A DNA stretch of 64,000 nt from Promethearchaeota archaeon (GTDB taxonomy: Archaea > Asgardarchaeota > Lokiarchaeia > Sigyniarchaeales > SOKP01), in NCBI GenBank assembly GCA_048938025.1, contig JBHLMP010000004.1:1-64000 (forward strand), given 5' to 3'. The notes beneath the pieces were generated by a model. That model was not told the DNA's origin and ran no database searches. It saw only the letters and a program-made list of their open reading frames with translations. The translations under genes and the position numbers were made by a program. Shown here one piece after another: positions 31,249 through 41,456 of this stretch (position 1 is the first letter of the stretch; each line of letters starts with the position of its first letter).

Positions 31249-33528
31249 TTGGAATACTTTATTACTGATCAGAAAGAATTTGATTTAACGACATCAAAAG
31301 ATTTGTTTTGTTGTTATGAATCACAGAGTCTTTATTTCCATAATATTGATGAAATTATTATATCTCCACTTCGATTAACAAAGAAGAATCTTGTACACAT
31401 AGACTTTTATTCTAAATATATCTCATTTAAACAAGCAGGTACTGGAGAATCATATTCTATCTATACATTGCGACATTGGACCACTGTACAAGGGGAAACA
31501 TCTGTTCCTGGATATCCTTTCCAATATTGGGAATGGACAGCCTATTTTGATGGAACGCATGATAGTCCCGATGCGTTTTATTATTACATAGACATCGATG
31601 ATGATAAACTTGTTCAAGGCAATTATTTGGAGTTTAAGCTTCAACTCTGGAGAATTAATAGACATTGGGATAACAAACATCTTTCGGGTTATGATATCTA
31701 TAGCATTAATGACGTGGGACATTCTGAAATCGTAAATATCACCTCAATAGAAGAATTTGAATCGGTACAGATGAAAACCGAAGCTAAGATAAACGTAACC
31801 ACCATCGGCGTAGAAAAAGCTAACACGATTGCGATCTACGAAACTAATGGCACTGTGTTTAATGGGCATTATCAAGAACAGGAGCGGATGAACATCATCC
31901 AATTGTATGTGAATGATAGCGGTGCTGGTACCCCCTTCGTAGAAGGACCCAATGTCATCGTGATTCCAACCAGCCTCTTTACTGAAATTATCTTTAACGC
32001 CTATGTTCAAAATGAAACTCTGCATGAAACCCCAATTTATAGTAGCGATGAGGATACCTTCAAGTTTATCTCAATGGGTCGGGATGGCGATACTCAACAA
32101 GCCTGTGATGAGATCGATTTTGTATTCATTCGCTTTAACATCTCTTCAGAGGATGCGATGGAAATCCTGAATCTCTTGCTTGAATGCTTAATAAACGAGA
32201 CGACCAATGAAACTGCGTTTGTATACAGCTATATTTCAACTAAACTGAATGGGACTTCGGCGGTGATGATGAATCTGCCGATTCCGGTGCTAGGCATTAT
32301 CCCGTGGTTTTGTGCGATGGAAAGCTCTTCTTTTGGCAAGACACCGAAAACTAGCAAACAAGCATTCTGGGAACCCTTAAAAAAGGTGGTATCGTTTGCT
32401 GTCGGCTTAATTATAACCATTGGAATGGCGATTCTAGAACTGGTGGAGTTGATCGCAGAATTTGTTATGGACATTTTAATGGAGTGGCTACCCATATTAG
32501 AGTATATATTATGGCTGATCATACGTGTACTTATTCTCATACTAGTTTGGATTATCTTTGCAATTACACTTTTAATAGTTATTATTGAATTTGTTTCTAT
32601 AGTTGGAGTGTTATACACAATAAGTCTTTTCAGAGATGTTCAAATTACAACAAAAATCGATAATATCAAGGCAGAAGGTGATTTAAATATCGAATTTGGA
32701 TATGATATTGGTTCAAAATACATTGATTTTCTTGAATTTTATATACCTACCATTGAAACTTATTTCGAAGCAGATAATTTATCAATGGTGTTTAAATTAA
32801 ACTTTTTTTCAGTTTACATAAATTTCGAAAAATTTCCAGAAGATGTTTGTGATCAAGTTTTAAATAATGATCCCATACAATCTTCAGGATTATATCCAAA
32901 AAGTAGTTCTAGTAGTGATGATGAATTAATCTATATTCTCGAAATTATATCAAATATAGGAGATGGAACTGGACATTGTGGTGCGGTGTTTACTATTACG
33001 GCATTTGTTTCTCATATTAATGAAGCAGATAAAAGTGGGTTTACAGGATTTTATGCTGGATTAATTGTGGCTATTTTTGAAATTGTTTCTTTTATAATAA
33101 TAACATTTACTTACGAACAAGATATTAAAATAATAGCTTCTGCTCTTTTGGGTCTAGGTATAGGATATCTTTTTTCGGGTGTGATTGCTATTGCTAGTGC
33201 AATTTATATGCACTTAATAGGAACTGTTATTTTTAATAGTAATGTTGATACATTGTTATTTCTTTTTCAAATTGATGATGCACTCTTAACTGTTTTTGGC
33301 ATTGTAGTAGCGATAGGTGAACTAGTAAAGGGTCTTCCCGATGATGAAATTTGGTGGTTAACCGAAGAATCTATAACAAGTATTACTGGAGGTTTTTTTG
33401 GATTGACAGTTGGAATTATGTCAATGATGACAGTTGCTAATAAAGGGATAGTTGGTATGGAAGGATTATTTTTCATATTTGTTGGTTTAGCATTGATAAT
33501 AACAAGTATTTCAATGGTTAGTGATTAA
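31249..33528 (+). CDS. Orphan C-terminal cassette 1 of the giant protein (homology starts ~31420)
   Basis: 31420-32540 matches 28261-29380; first ~57 codons are unrelated; no signal peptide; different multi-TM tip. Confidence 0.85.
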   Translation: MEYFITDQKEFDLTTSKDLFCCYESQSLYFHNIDEIIISPLRLTKKNLVHIDFYSKYISFKQAGTGESYSIYTLRHWTTVQGETSVPGYPFQYWEWTAYFDGTHDSPDAFYYYIDIDDDKLVQGNYLEFKLQLWRINRHWDNKHLSGYDIYSINDVGHSEIVNITSIEEFESVQMKTEAKINVTTIGVEKANTIAIYETNGTVFNGHYQEQERMNIIQLYVNDSGAGTPFVEGPNVIVIPTSLFTEIIFNAYVQNETLHETPIYSSDEDTFKFISMGRDGDTQQACDEIDFVFIRFNISSEDAMEILNLLLECLINETTNETAFVYSYISTKLNGTSAVMMNLPIPVLGIIPWFCAMESSSFGKTPKTSKQAFWEPLKKVVSFAVGLIITIGMAILELVELIAEFVMDILMEWLPILEYILWLIIRVLILILVWIIFAITLLIVIIEFVSIVGVLYTISLFRDVQITTKIDNIKAEGDLNIEFGYDIGSKYIDFLEFYIPTIETYFEADNLSMVFKLNFFSVYINFEKFPEDVCDQVLNNDPIQSSGLYPKSSSSSDDELIYILEIISNIGDGTGHCGAVFTITAFVSHINEADKSGFTGFYAGLIVAIFEIVSFIIITFTYEQDIKIIASALLGLGIGYLFSGVIAIASAIYMHLIGTVIFNSNVDTLLFLFQIDDALLTVFGIVVAIGELVKGLPDDEIWWLTEESITSITGGFFGLTVGIMSMMTVANKGIVGMEGLFFIFVGLALIITSISMVSD
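31801..32508 (+). repeat. Conserved core, copy 2
   Basis: High nucleotide identity to 28642-29349 with mostly synonymous differences. Confidence 0.95.
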
Positions 33529-33685
33529 TTGTTAAATAAGGAGAACCTAATTATTTATAAATAATTTTTTTTTAAATACATAATTTTTTATATATAATGT
33601 TAATCTAAAAATAATACAAAGAAAAATTAAGTAATGATAATAATCATAAATAAAATTTTAATTCAAGAAAAAAAATTGGATTTTT

Positions 33686-34150
33686 ATGAATTTATATGTT
33701 TATAAATTAAAGGCTACTTGGAATCGTGTATCCTATGAAGAAATTCTTTTAGATTGTGTTGGGAGTGGTAATGAAGAAGATCCCGCTATAATAGAGCCCT
33801 CAGAATATCTCCCAGATTCTTTCTCCATTTTTAATTCTAATACTTTCATTAATATAAGGAACTGTATAAAAAGATTTATCGGATTTAAATTAAGTCAAAA
33901 TATATCATTGAAAGACTGTAAGATTAATAATTGTTTAGTAGATAATTCTTCAAAAATTAATATCAAAAATGTCATAATTGATAATTATCTCAAAGTACAT
34001 TCAAGTGATCATATTTATATTACAGATTCTAATATTAAAAAATTGAAGTTAAAACAAGCGAGTAGTAATATTATAAAAAATTGTACTATTCAAAAAATAA
34101 AAGAAATTAAAGGATTTAGTAACACTTTTCAAGATATAAAATCTATGTAG
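33686..34150 (+). CDS. Small right-handed beta-helix (NosD-like) protein; partner of cassette 1
   Basis: GSGNEEDPAII cap motif followed by SxNIxIxNC repeats. Confidence 0.65.
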   Translation: MNLYVYKLKATWNRVSYEEILLDCVGSGNEEDPAIIEPSEYLPDSFSIFNSNTFINIRNCIKRFIGFKLSQNISLKDCKINNCLVDNSSKINIKNVIIDNYLKVHSSDHIYITDSNIKKLKLKQASSNIIKNCTIQKIKEIKGFSNTFQDIKSM

Positions 34151-34438
34151 GATGAGACTATTAAATTTAAAAAATCTTGTTGTTTTAATTTCCTTGCCAA
34201 TTTTAAGTTATATAGTTGATTGTCATATTTTTGTTATTTCATTTATCCTTTATAATTCTTTTACATTCTTGAATTCTTACACATTTAATCAAGTCTGCTG
34301 AAAATTTTAATTTTATTCCTAAATTTTGAATCTATAAGACTTATGTGAAAAGTTTTTGAAAAATTTCATCCTATAAGCGCAGATACGGATGGAGATGGTG
34401 TCTGGGATAAATTCGATCGAGATCCACATAAAGACGTA

Positions 34439-36523
34439 ATGCTTGAGATCAGTCCCATTTCTGGATCGGTTCCCAATGATTACAAATTGAAAATTGTGAT
34501 TAAATTTAATGATGGTACAGGCGAAAAGTATTATATTCCAACACCAAAAGAAGTAGCAGATATATTTGAAGATCCCTTATACACTGCTTATTTTGATCTC
34601 CATTATTACATTGATATAAGCGATGATAAACGAGTTCCGAATAATTATGGTGCCATGAGGTTTGATATTGAATTATGGAGAGTGGATAGATACTGGGGAT
34701 TGATCAAAAAGTGGGATAAAAAGCTTGTTTCTGGTGATGAATATTACTACATCCAAACTCCAGGGCACGATGATACGCTAACAGTCGAGAAATATGATGA
34801 ATCTGAATTAGTTTATCAAGCTAAGGTAAAGGTTAAAACTATTGGAGTTGAAAAGGCAAACACCATCGCGATTTATGAAACCAATGGTACTGTGTTTAAT
34901 GGACATTATCAAGAACAGGAGCGGATGAATATTATACAACTGTATGTGAATGATAGCGGTGTGGGTACCCCTTTCGTAGAAGGACCTAATGTCATCGTGA
35001 TTCCAACCAGCCTCTTTACCGAAACTATCTTTAACGCCTATGTTCAAAATGAAACTCTGCATGAAACCCCAATTTATAGTAGCGATGATGATATCTTCAA
35101 ATTCATCTCAGTGGGTCGGGATGGCAGTACCGAGCAAGCCTGCGATGAAATCGATTTTGTATTCATTCGATTTGACATTTCTTCGCAAGATGCTATGGAA
35201 ATCCTGAATTTATTGCTTGAATGCTTGGTAAACGAGACCACCAATGAAACTGCGATCGTGTATAGCTATGTTTCTACCAAACTGAATGGAACTTTGGCTG
35301 TGATGATGAATCTGCCGATATCGGTGCTAGGTTTTGTCCCGTGGTTTTGCAACTTTGAAAATTCAATTATAGGTTCAAAACCGGAAACCAGAGACGATGT
35401 ATTCTGGAAAGGAATAAAAAAATTAATATCACTCGCCGTAGGGTTAATTGTAATCATTGGAATGGCGATTCTCGAGCTGGTGGAACTGATTGGAGATTTC
35501 ATCATGGAGATTTTAATGGAGTGGCTACCGATACTAGAATTTATACTGTTGTTAATAATTGGAGCGATAATTTTAATATATATCTGGATTATGTTCGCTT
35601 TCACAGTCTTATCTTTTATGTTATTATTTCTTCAGATAAGTTTAATATTCATATTTTTTAGTACAGTACTTGGAACAGAACCTATAATTAAGCTAAATTA
35701 CTTAGCAGTTGAAAATGATGATCTTAGTTTTAATTCAGATTACAGAATCGGTGAGAAATATAATAATTTCCTTAAATTAAAAATCCCAACATTATTCTTT
35801 TCTCTTGAAGTTAATCAGACTTCTTATAACACATATATAAACTTTTTTGATAGTGGTTCGATTGTTGAACTCGATTTCTTCGAAACAATTCTTCAGAAAC
35901 AAAATGTTTCAAGTAAAGATGCAAATGAAGAATCAGAATCTTGGTGGAATGGATTTAATCTAATTTTAGGGAGTTTTACCCTTTTAGAGTCTTCACATTT
36001 CATAACGAGATTATTTATTGATAATCCAATATATAATATACTTGTAAAAGTTGCTTTTTATTTAGGAGTCTTCTCTCTAACTCTAGGAATCATGAATGTT
36101 TGCTTAGATTTTCAAGACAAGGAAAAGAGGTTTGATACTTTACGCGGGTTGATTTTTGCTTCAATTGTTTTATTTGGTATTAATTTTTTGTTAAGAACTT
36201 TATATAGAAAAGGTGCACCTGGAGGATCAGGATTAAGTAATACACTTAGAAAATTATTTAAGTTGGGATTGGTGGTTGCTCTTTTTGGTAGCGGAGTGAA
36301 TGTTTTAAATTCAATTATGAGTTTTTTTGGCATTGATTTAGGAGTATCAAATTATTTATCGCTATTAACTTCAATACCGCTTTGGCTTGTCTCGCTCTTA
36401 ATTATAAGTCACTTGCCAAAAAATAAAGATAGAAAAGAAGTAATTAACGACTGGTTGTGGATTTCTATATTCCTAATCTTTTGTGTTGTTGTATATGCGG
36501 CAATAATTTTAAATCTTAATTAA
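34439..36523 (+). CDS. Orphan C-terminal cassette 2 of the giant protein (homology starts ~34367, upstream of the ATG)
   Basis: 34382-34465 encodes DTDGDGVWDKFDRDPHKDVMLEISPISG, matching 28138-28220; diverged domain, then conserved core, then a third distinct TM tip. Confidence 0.85.
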   Translation: MLEISPISGSVPNDYKLKIVIKFNDGTGEKYYIPTPKEVADIFEDPLYTAYFDLHYYIDISDDKRVPNNYGAMRFDIELWRVDRYWGLIKKWDKKLVSGDEYYYIQTPGHDDTLTVEKYDESELVYQAKVKVKTIGVEKANTIAIYETNGTVFNGHYQEQERMNIIQLYVNDSGVGTPFVEGPNVIVIPTSLFTETIFNAYVQNETLHETPIYSSDDDIFKFISVGRDGSTEQACDEIDFVFIRFDISSQDAMEILNLLLECLVNETTNETAIVYSYVSTKLNGTLAVMMNLPISVLGFVPWFCNFENSIIGSKPETRDDVFWKGIKKLISLAVGLIVIIGMAILELVELIGDFIMEILMEWLPILEFILLLIIGAIILIYIWIMFAFTVLSFMLLFLQISLIFIFFSTVLGTEPIIKLNYLAVENDDLSFNSDYRIGEKYNNFLKLKIPTLFFSLEVNQTSYNTYINFFDSGSIVELDFFETILQKQNVSSKDANEESESWWNGFNLILGSFTLLESSHFITRLFIDNPIYNILVKVAFYLGVFSLTLGIMNVCLDFQDKEKRFDTLRGLIFASIVLFGINFLLRTLYRKGAPGGSGLSNTLRKLFKLGLVVALFGSGVNVLNSIMSFFGIDLGVSNYLSLLTSIPLWLVSLLIISHLPKNKDRKEVINDWLWISIFLIFCVVVYAAIILNLN
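34838..35545 (+). repeat. Conserved core, copy 3
   Basis: High nucleotide identity to 28642-29349. Confidence 0.95.
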
Positions 36524-36706
36524 TTTTTTTTTTTTAAAATCTAAAAATAATAGTTTAATTTGGTTTAACAAAAATTTTTTTAATCTAATTCAAAAAATTT
36601 GAGTTAGTGATTTTTTCGAATAATTAATGTTCGTAATTAACATTTATTTTTTTCTCTTTGTTATATTTTTTTAAATTTGATGGAAATTAAAAAGCATAAA
36701 ACATTT

Positions 36707-38176
36707 TTAATTAATTTTGTAAAATCTGTTTCTAAGATTTAGGATTTTTGTAAATAAGTTAACTTTTTTTGTTGGATTTATTTCAATTTTAGTGTTTTCA
36801 TCAGGACTTATACCTTCAATAGGATTTTTAAGGTGGATTTCAATATTTTGACGATTTAATTTATTAAAATAAGTAACGGCTACAACATTATTATAAGGAA
36901 TAGAATAGATTTTATTTGATTTTTCTAATATAATTCTCTGAGATGTAAATAAATATTTCCAAAATTTTTGTGTAAGAAAAATGATTAGCCCGAATATAAA
37001 TATTGAACAAATCCCCAAGAACACCAGCAAAGCATCTACTGATAAATTTATGACAGAGAAAGTAGTAAAATAAAAATATATGATTACTAAAAAAATAATT
37101 ATGATCATTTTTATTGAGGAATAAATTTTTTTAGGAAAATATATTATAAGAATCCTTTCAGTTTTGTTCAAATACTCTAAAAATGGTAAAATTCTTTCTT
37201 TAGAATACGTTATAGGTTCAACTTTCCTCTCAACTTTATTTATTTCTTTTATATATTCATAGGGTTTTTGTTCCTCTATTAAATTTAATATTTCTTCAAC
37301 ATGTAATAATAAATCTTTATTAAATTTCCAAGTCAAAAATTTTAAATAGATTAATTCTAAAACATCAAGAAAATTCTCAATAGGACCAAAAGTAAACTCA
37401 TCATAAGATGGTTCATAAGAAGATTTTATTATTAGTGTATTTATTTCATAATTTAGATAAAAATTATTATCAAATTCAATCTTTTGACTATTGATTCCCT
37501 TAGTTAAAACAAGATTATCATTATAAACTTTTAAAGAAACATTTTGTTTTGTTTCAACAAATTCATGAAAATCTTGAGTACCAACTTCATTATTAATTAC
37601 TTCTAGTCTCTTTTCTATATTCCCATAATGCCAAATTATTGATTCAATTATTTGAATTACCTTTGATATATTTTTGATTGGAGGTGTGATTATACTATTT
37701 TTTTTATGGAGTTGCTTATAATTTTTAAAATTTTTATAAATAAATTCAATTCTTCCCTTATCTTTGAAATAATCAATAAATTGAACACTAATAGCTTGTA
37801 AAGAAGATAATTCTACTATATCTGCACTAGAATTCATAGCAGATCTTATACTCAAGAGATAAATTTTTTTATTACTTATATAAATAAATAGTTTTAAAGG
37901 TTTTGACATTTGAAACGTATAAATGAAACCTATAGGAAATATAACAAAAATAGAAAGGGATAATATTAAGTAATCTTTAAAAAAATCTGATGTAAGAAAA
38001 GGAAAAATTACAAAAATAAAGCTAATTGGAATTAGAAAGAGAAATAAAATCATAATAATTTGTTCTTTTGAAAAAAATTTAAGTTTCAATTTATAAAGTA
38101 ATTTCTCATCTGGAAGCAAATTGTATAAAATATTCTCAGAAATATCAAAAATTTCGGTTTGCTCAGTTCTAAACAT
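36707..38176 (-). CDS. Membrane protein with two (2-TM + PH-like) modules
   Basis: EKLLY..TM-TM..IYISNKKI and ERILI..TM-TM..YLFTSQRII..IPYNNV. Confidence 0.6.
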   Translation of the reverse strand: MFRTEQTEIFDISENILYNLLPDEKLLYKLKLKFFSKEQIIMILFLFLIPISFIFVIFPFLTSDFFKDYLILSLSIFVIFPIGFIYTFQMSKPLKLFIYISNKKIYLLSIRSAMNSSADIVELSSLQAISVQFIDYFKDKGRIEFIYKNFKNYKQLHKKNSIITPPIKNISKVIQIIESIIWHYGNIEKRLEVINNEVGTQDFHEFVETKQNVSLKVYNDNLVLTKGINSQKIEFDNNFYLNYEINTLIIKSSYEPSYDEFTFGPIENFLDVLELIYLKFLTWKFNKDLLLHVEEILNLIEEQKPYEYIKEINKVERKVEPITYSKERILPFLEYLNKTERILIIYFPKKIYSSIKMIIIIFLVIIYFYFTTFSVINLSVDALLVFLGICSIFIFGLIIFLTQKFWKYLFTSQRIILEKSNKIYSIPYNNVVAVTYFNKLNRQNIEIHLKNPIEGISPDENTKIEINPTKKVNLFTKILNLRNRFYKIN

Positions 38177-38364
38177 TTTAAATCATGATCTATTAATAAA
38201 TTATGTACATTATTACAGAAAATACTTCATTAAAAAAGTATAATTATCATTTAAGATTTTTTGATTTAATTATTAATGTAAATAATGATTTTAGTCCCTT
38301 AAGAATAAATATTATTACTCTATAATAAAAATCTTCGCTTTTATTTAGTAAATAAATTAATAAA

Positions 38365-41340
38365 TTATTGAAACTTATATTCTGGAATTACTTGAATAGG
38401 ACTAGCTGATCTTAAAATATTGATACCAATATTACGGATTTCTCTTAATTCCTCTAAGACTAAATTTCTAATTTCCGTTTCTTTGATTTTTTTGCTGCCT
38501 AAAACATAATTTTTGACTTTTTGTGAACATATTTTAGAAAGAGTTGTGATTTTTAACTGTTCGTCAGTATCTTTAAATTTTGGAATATTAAAATATAATG
38601 GTCTTTTATGATGATGTCTTGTATCACTTATAATTTTCACACTTTTTGCTAGATCAGGAATACTTAACATACCACACAAATAATATGCTTCATCTTCATT
38701 TTTAGTACCATAATAGTATAAAGTTGAGTCAACATAAATTCTTCCTTCTGGATCATTAATAACAGCCGCAAGTAATCTTTTAGCGTTTGGAAACACAACT
38801 TTATAGGGTAATCTTTGAACTTTTTTAACAATGTTGTTAGTACATAACTTATTTCTATAATTAATTCCTACCTCAAATAAATCCTTATTAACTTCTTTTC
38901 GATAAATTTCTTTTATGAAATTCCAATGCTTTCTACTAAATGGACCTAATGTGGAAACTGAAAAAGTAAAATTTTCATTTAAGGGTAAAAATATTGCATA
39001 AGGTTTAATATAAAATGGATAAAGTTGACGAGAAAGTGTTGCTTGAAAAAGACAAATTGTTTCAATCCGTGCATGTTTATAATGGGGTTTCTTCCAAATA
39101 TCTTTAGCCTGTGGTGAGATCCAAGGTTCTATTATAGAAATTTTACCATTTTGAATGGTTTCTATTATATTACAATAAAGTAAAACTTTAGGGATTAAAT
39201 CAGCACCTTGAATAAATTCGCTATAATAATCAGATAAATGACATGGAAGTAAATCTGCTTTTTTCTCAGATTTAATTAACTTTTTGACCAAATATTTCTC
39301 ATTCTTTTTTTCTTGGAAATAAACATAGGGTTCTAAATGGTACTGATCTAGTACCTCCATTGTATTAGCATCTAAATAATGACATAATATGGGATATTTC
39401 TTATGAACATCCTCTATTCCTATAATTTTATCAATAACATGAGCAAAAATACAGCAACAATCAATATTAAATACTAAATTATTAAATTCAAAGAATTCTA
39501 TATTTTCAAATGGTTCAAATCTTCTTGCTTTTTGATTTTGCGAGGAAACTAATAATGAACGAGGCATTACAAATGCGATTTTACCATTTCCATCTTTTCT
39601 AAGATAAAGATCTGGAACTCTATACAAAAAAATAACTGCTTCTTCTATATTTGTTATGTTTTGAGCTGCAGGTTTTATATTAAATTTGTTAGATAGCTTT
39701 TTCATGGTTTCTTTTAGTCTTGGATCTGCATCCTTATAAGTTAACCATGGTGGATTTGTAATAATTAAATCCATTTTTTTTTTCATTAAAAGTAAACGTA
39801 TTCCAAGTAAATTGTTCAATATATAAAGCCAAATATGATCTTTATCTTGTTTTCTTAACTCAAACAACTTTTTGAAAAATTGATAGATAGAATTGATAAA
39901 TGGTTGATCTAAATTAGAGTAAGATTCTTTTAAATTATCCTTATTTGAAATTGCGGCAATCCAAGTATCCTTAAATTTATCAAAATCTTCCCACACATTA
40001 TAAAGAGATTTTACTAATTCTTGAAAAGTTTCAATATTAGAAGAGGATAAAAAATCACCAGGTATTCTAAGTTCTAATTCACTATCCAATAAATCAACAC
40101 AAAAAGCATAATATTTTCCTAATTCAATATCTGCTACTTCAGAAAATTCTAATGGATCAATAGAATTACACAAATAAACATTAATAGAAATGCTTTCAAT
40201 CCATTCTTTTCTATTTTTAAAATATAATATACAATTTGCCTTTGTTGTTAATACTGCAATGGGATTAATATCAAATCCAAATATATTATTTATTGCATCA
40301 AACCATTCTTTAGGAGGTTTTACTTCTTTATCTAAATTGAATTGAGAATCTATTCTTTTATATGTCTCAATAATAAAGGTTCCTGAGCCACAAGATGAGT
40401 CTAGAACTCTATCTCCCAATTCATATTGTTTTTCAACCATTTTTTTACATAAAAATTCTGGTGTATAATATTCTCCTAATCTATGTCTTACTCCAGCAAT
40501 AATCATCTCTTGATAGATAGTCCTAAAGATATCAGTAGCTTTTAAAGTGATTGTTTTCAAAATCTCAAAATAATCGTCACATAATCCTTGAACGTTTATT
40601 ATCCACCTGAAAAAATCATAATGAAACAAAGATATACCGAGTAGTTCGAAATAATTTTCTAAATCTTTGAAATATTCACGGGAATATTGCTCTGGATTAA
40701 TGAATTCTTTATATAAAATCAACTTTAAAAGCATACTCAGATAAGAGTGTCTTAAAAATAATTCTTTACCTACTTCTTCATCGTGATAAGCAAGCCTAAA
40801 ATGTTTTTTCCATTGTTGAAAACAAATGGTTTTTTCTCCGCTATGGTCTTCAAAATGCTTCTCTAATCGAGAATATGATAAAATGTAAAGGGGAGAGTTT
40901 ACACCAAATAGAATTGCAAATTGTTCGGAATCCAAAGATTTAGTTTCTAACAAACACTCCATTAATGATCTAATAGATCTTTCATTAATCTCACGCTTAT
41001 TTCTTAAAATAAGATCTTCATCATAATACCAAATATAGGATTCTGAGATAATAATTAATAAATTTGGATATTTTCCTTTAGTTTCAAAATATTCTTGAAT
41101 GTATTGCTTACCTTTTAAATTCAGCCAATTATTTAGAGTTTTATTTGAAATTTTATATTTATAATCAAGAATTATATCTCCAATCAAACAATCTGGTTTT
41201 CCGTATAAAATTCTTTGTTGAGCTTGATAAGTTAATCCTATCTTATCAAATAAGCTATCAAACCAATGTTCAATGTCAAATTCATTTGAAGATCTTTTAA
41301 TGGGAGTTATGTCGATTTCTAAATCCTTTATTAAATACAT
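38365..41340 (-). CDS. Type IIG-like fused restriction endonuclease / N6-adenine DNA methyltransferase
   Basis: N-term PD...DYK nuclease-like motif; GEYYTP, LDSSCGSGTF, GFDINP, NPPW; C-terminal TRD-like region. Confidence 0.85.
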   Translation of the reverse strand: MYLIKDLEIDITPIKRSSNEFDIEHWFDSLFDKIGLTYQAQQRILYGKPDCLIGDIILDYKYKISNKTLNNWLNLKGKQYIQEYFETKGKYPNLLIIISESYIWYYDEDLILRNKREINERSIRSLMECLLETKSLDSEQFAILFGVNSPLYILSYSRLEKHFEDHSGEKTICFQQWKKHFRLAYHDEEVGKELFLRHSYLSMLLKLILYKEFINPEQYSREYFKDLENYFELLGISLFHYDFFRWIINVQGLCDDYFEILKTITLKATDIFRTIYQEMIIAGVRHRLGEYYTPEFLCKKMVEKQYELGDRVLDSSCGSGTFIIETYKRIDSQFNLDKEVKPPKEWFDAINNIFGFDINPIAVLTTKANCILYFKNRKEWIESISINVYLCNSIDPLEFSEVADIELGKYYAFCVDLLDSELELRIPGDFLSSSNIETFQELVKSLYNVWEDFDKFKDTWIAAISNKDNLKESYSNLDQPFINSIYQFFKKLFELRKQDKDHIWLYILNNLLGIRLLLMKKKMDLIITNPPWLTYKDADPRLKETMKKLSNKFNIKPAAQNITNIEEAVIFLYRVPDLYLRKDGNGKIAFVMPRSLLVSSQNQKARRFEPFENIEFFEFNNLVFNIDCCCIFAHVIDKIIGIEDVHKKYPILCHYLDANTMEVLDQYHLEPYVYFQEKKNEKYLVKKLIKSEKKADLLPCHLSDYYSEFIQGADLIPKVLLYCNIIETIQNGKISIIEPWISPQAKDIWKKPHYKHARIETICLFQATLSRQLYPFYIKPYAIFLPLNENFTFSVSTLGPFSRKHWNFIKEIYRKEVNKDLFEVGINYRNKLCTNNIVKKVQRLPYKVVFPNAKRLLAAVINDPEGRIYVDSTLYYYGTKNEDEAYYLCGMLSIPDLAKSVKIISDTRHHHKRPLYFNIPKFKDTDEQLKITTLSKICSQKVKNYVLGSKKIKETEIRNLVLEELREIRNIGINILRSASPIQVIPEYKFQ

Positions 41341-41456
41341 GATAATTAGATTTATTTTTAAAGGTGATTGAAAGATTTTAGTAAATTACAGTAAATAATT
41401 AAACTCTTATGATTTTTATATAATTTTGTCAAAAGTAATTATAAAAATACAGTGAT

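Noticed and set aside
31000-31419. Genuine N-terminus or promoter for orphan cassette 1
   Set aside because: The first ~57 codons are unrelated to the giant protein and lack a signal peptide; this is more likely a fortuitous in-frame extension or decayed remnant.
28261-35545. Diversity-generating retroelement (TR/VR pair) explaining the repeats
   Set aside because: Differences between copies are mostly synonymous third-position changes of all base types, not adenine-specific; the repeats are 0.7-1.1 kb; no reverse transcriptase is in the window.
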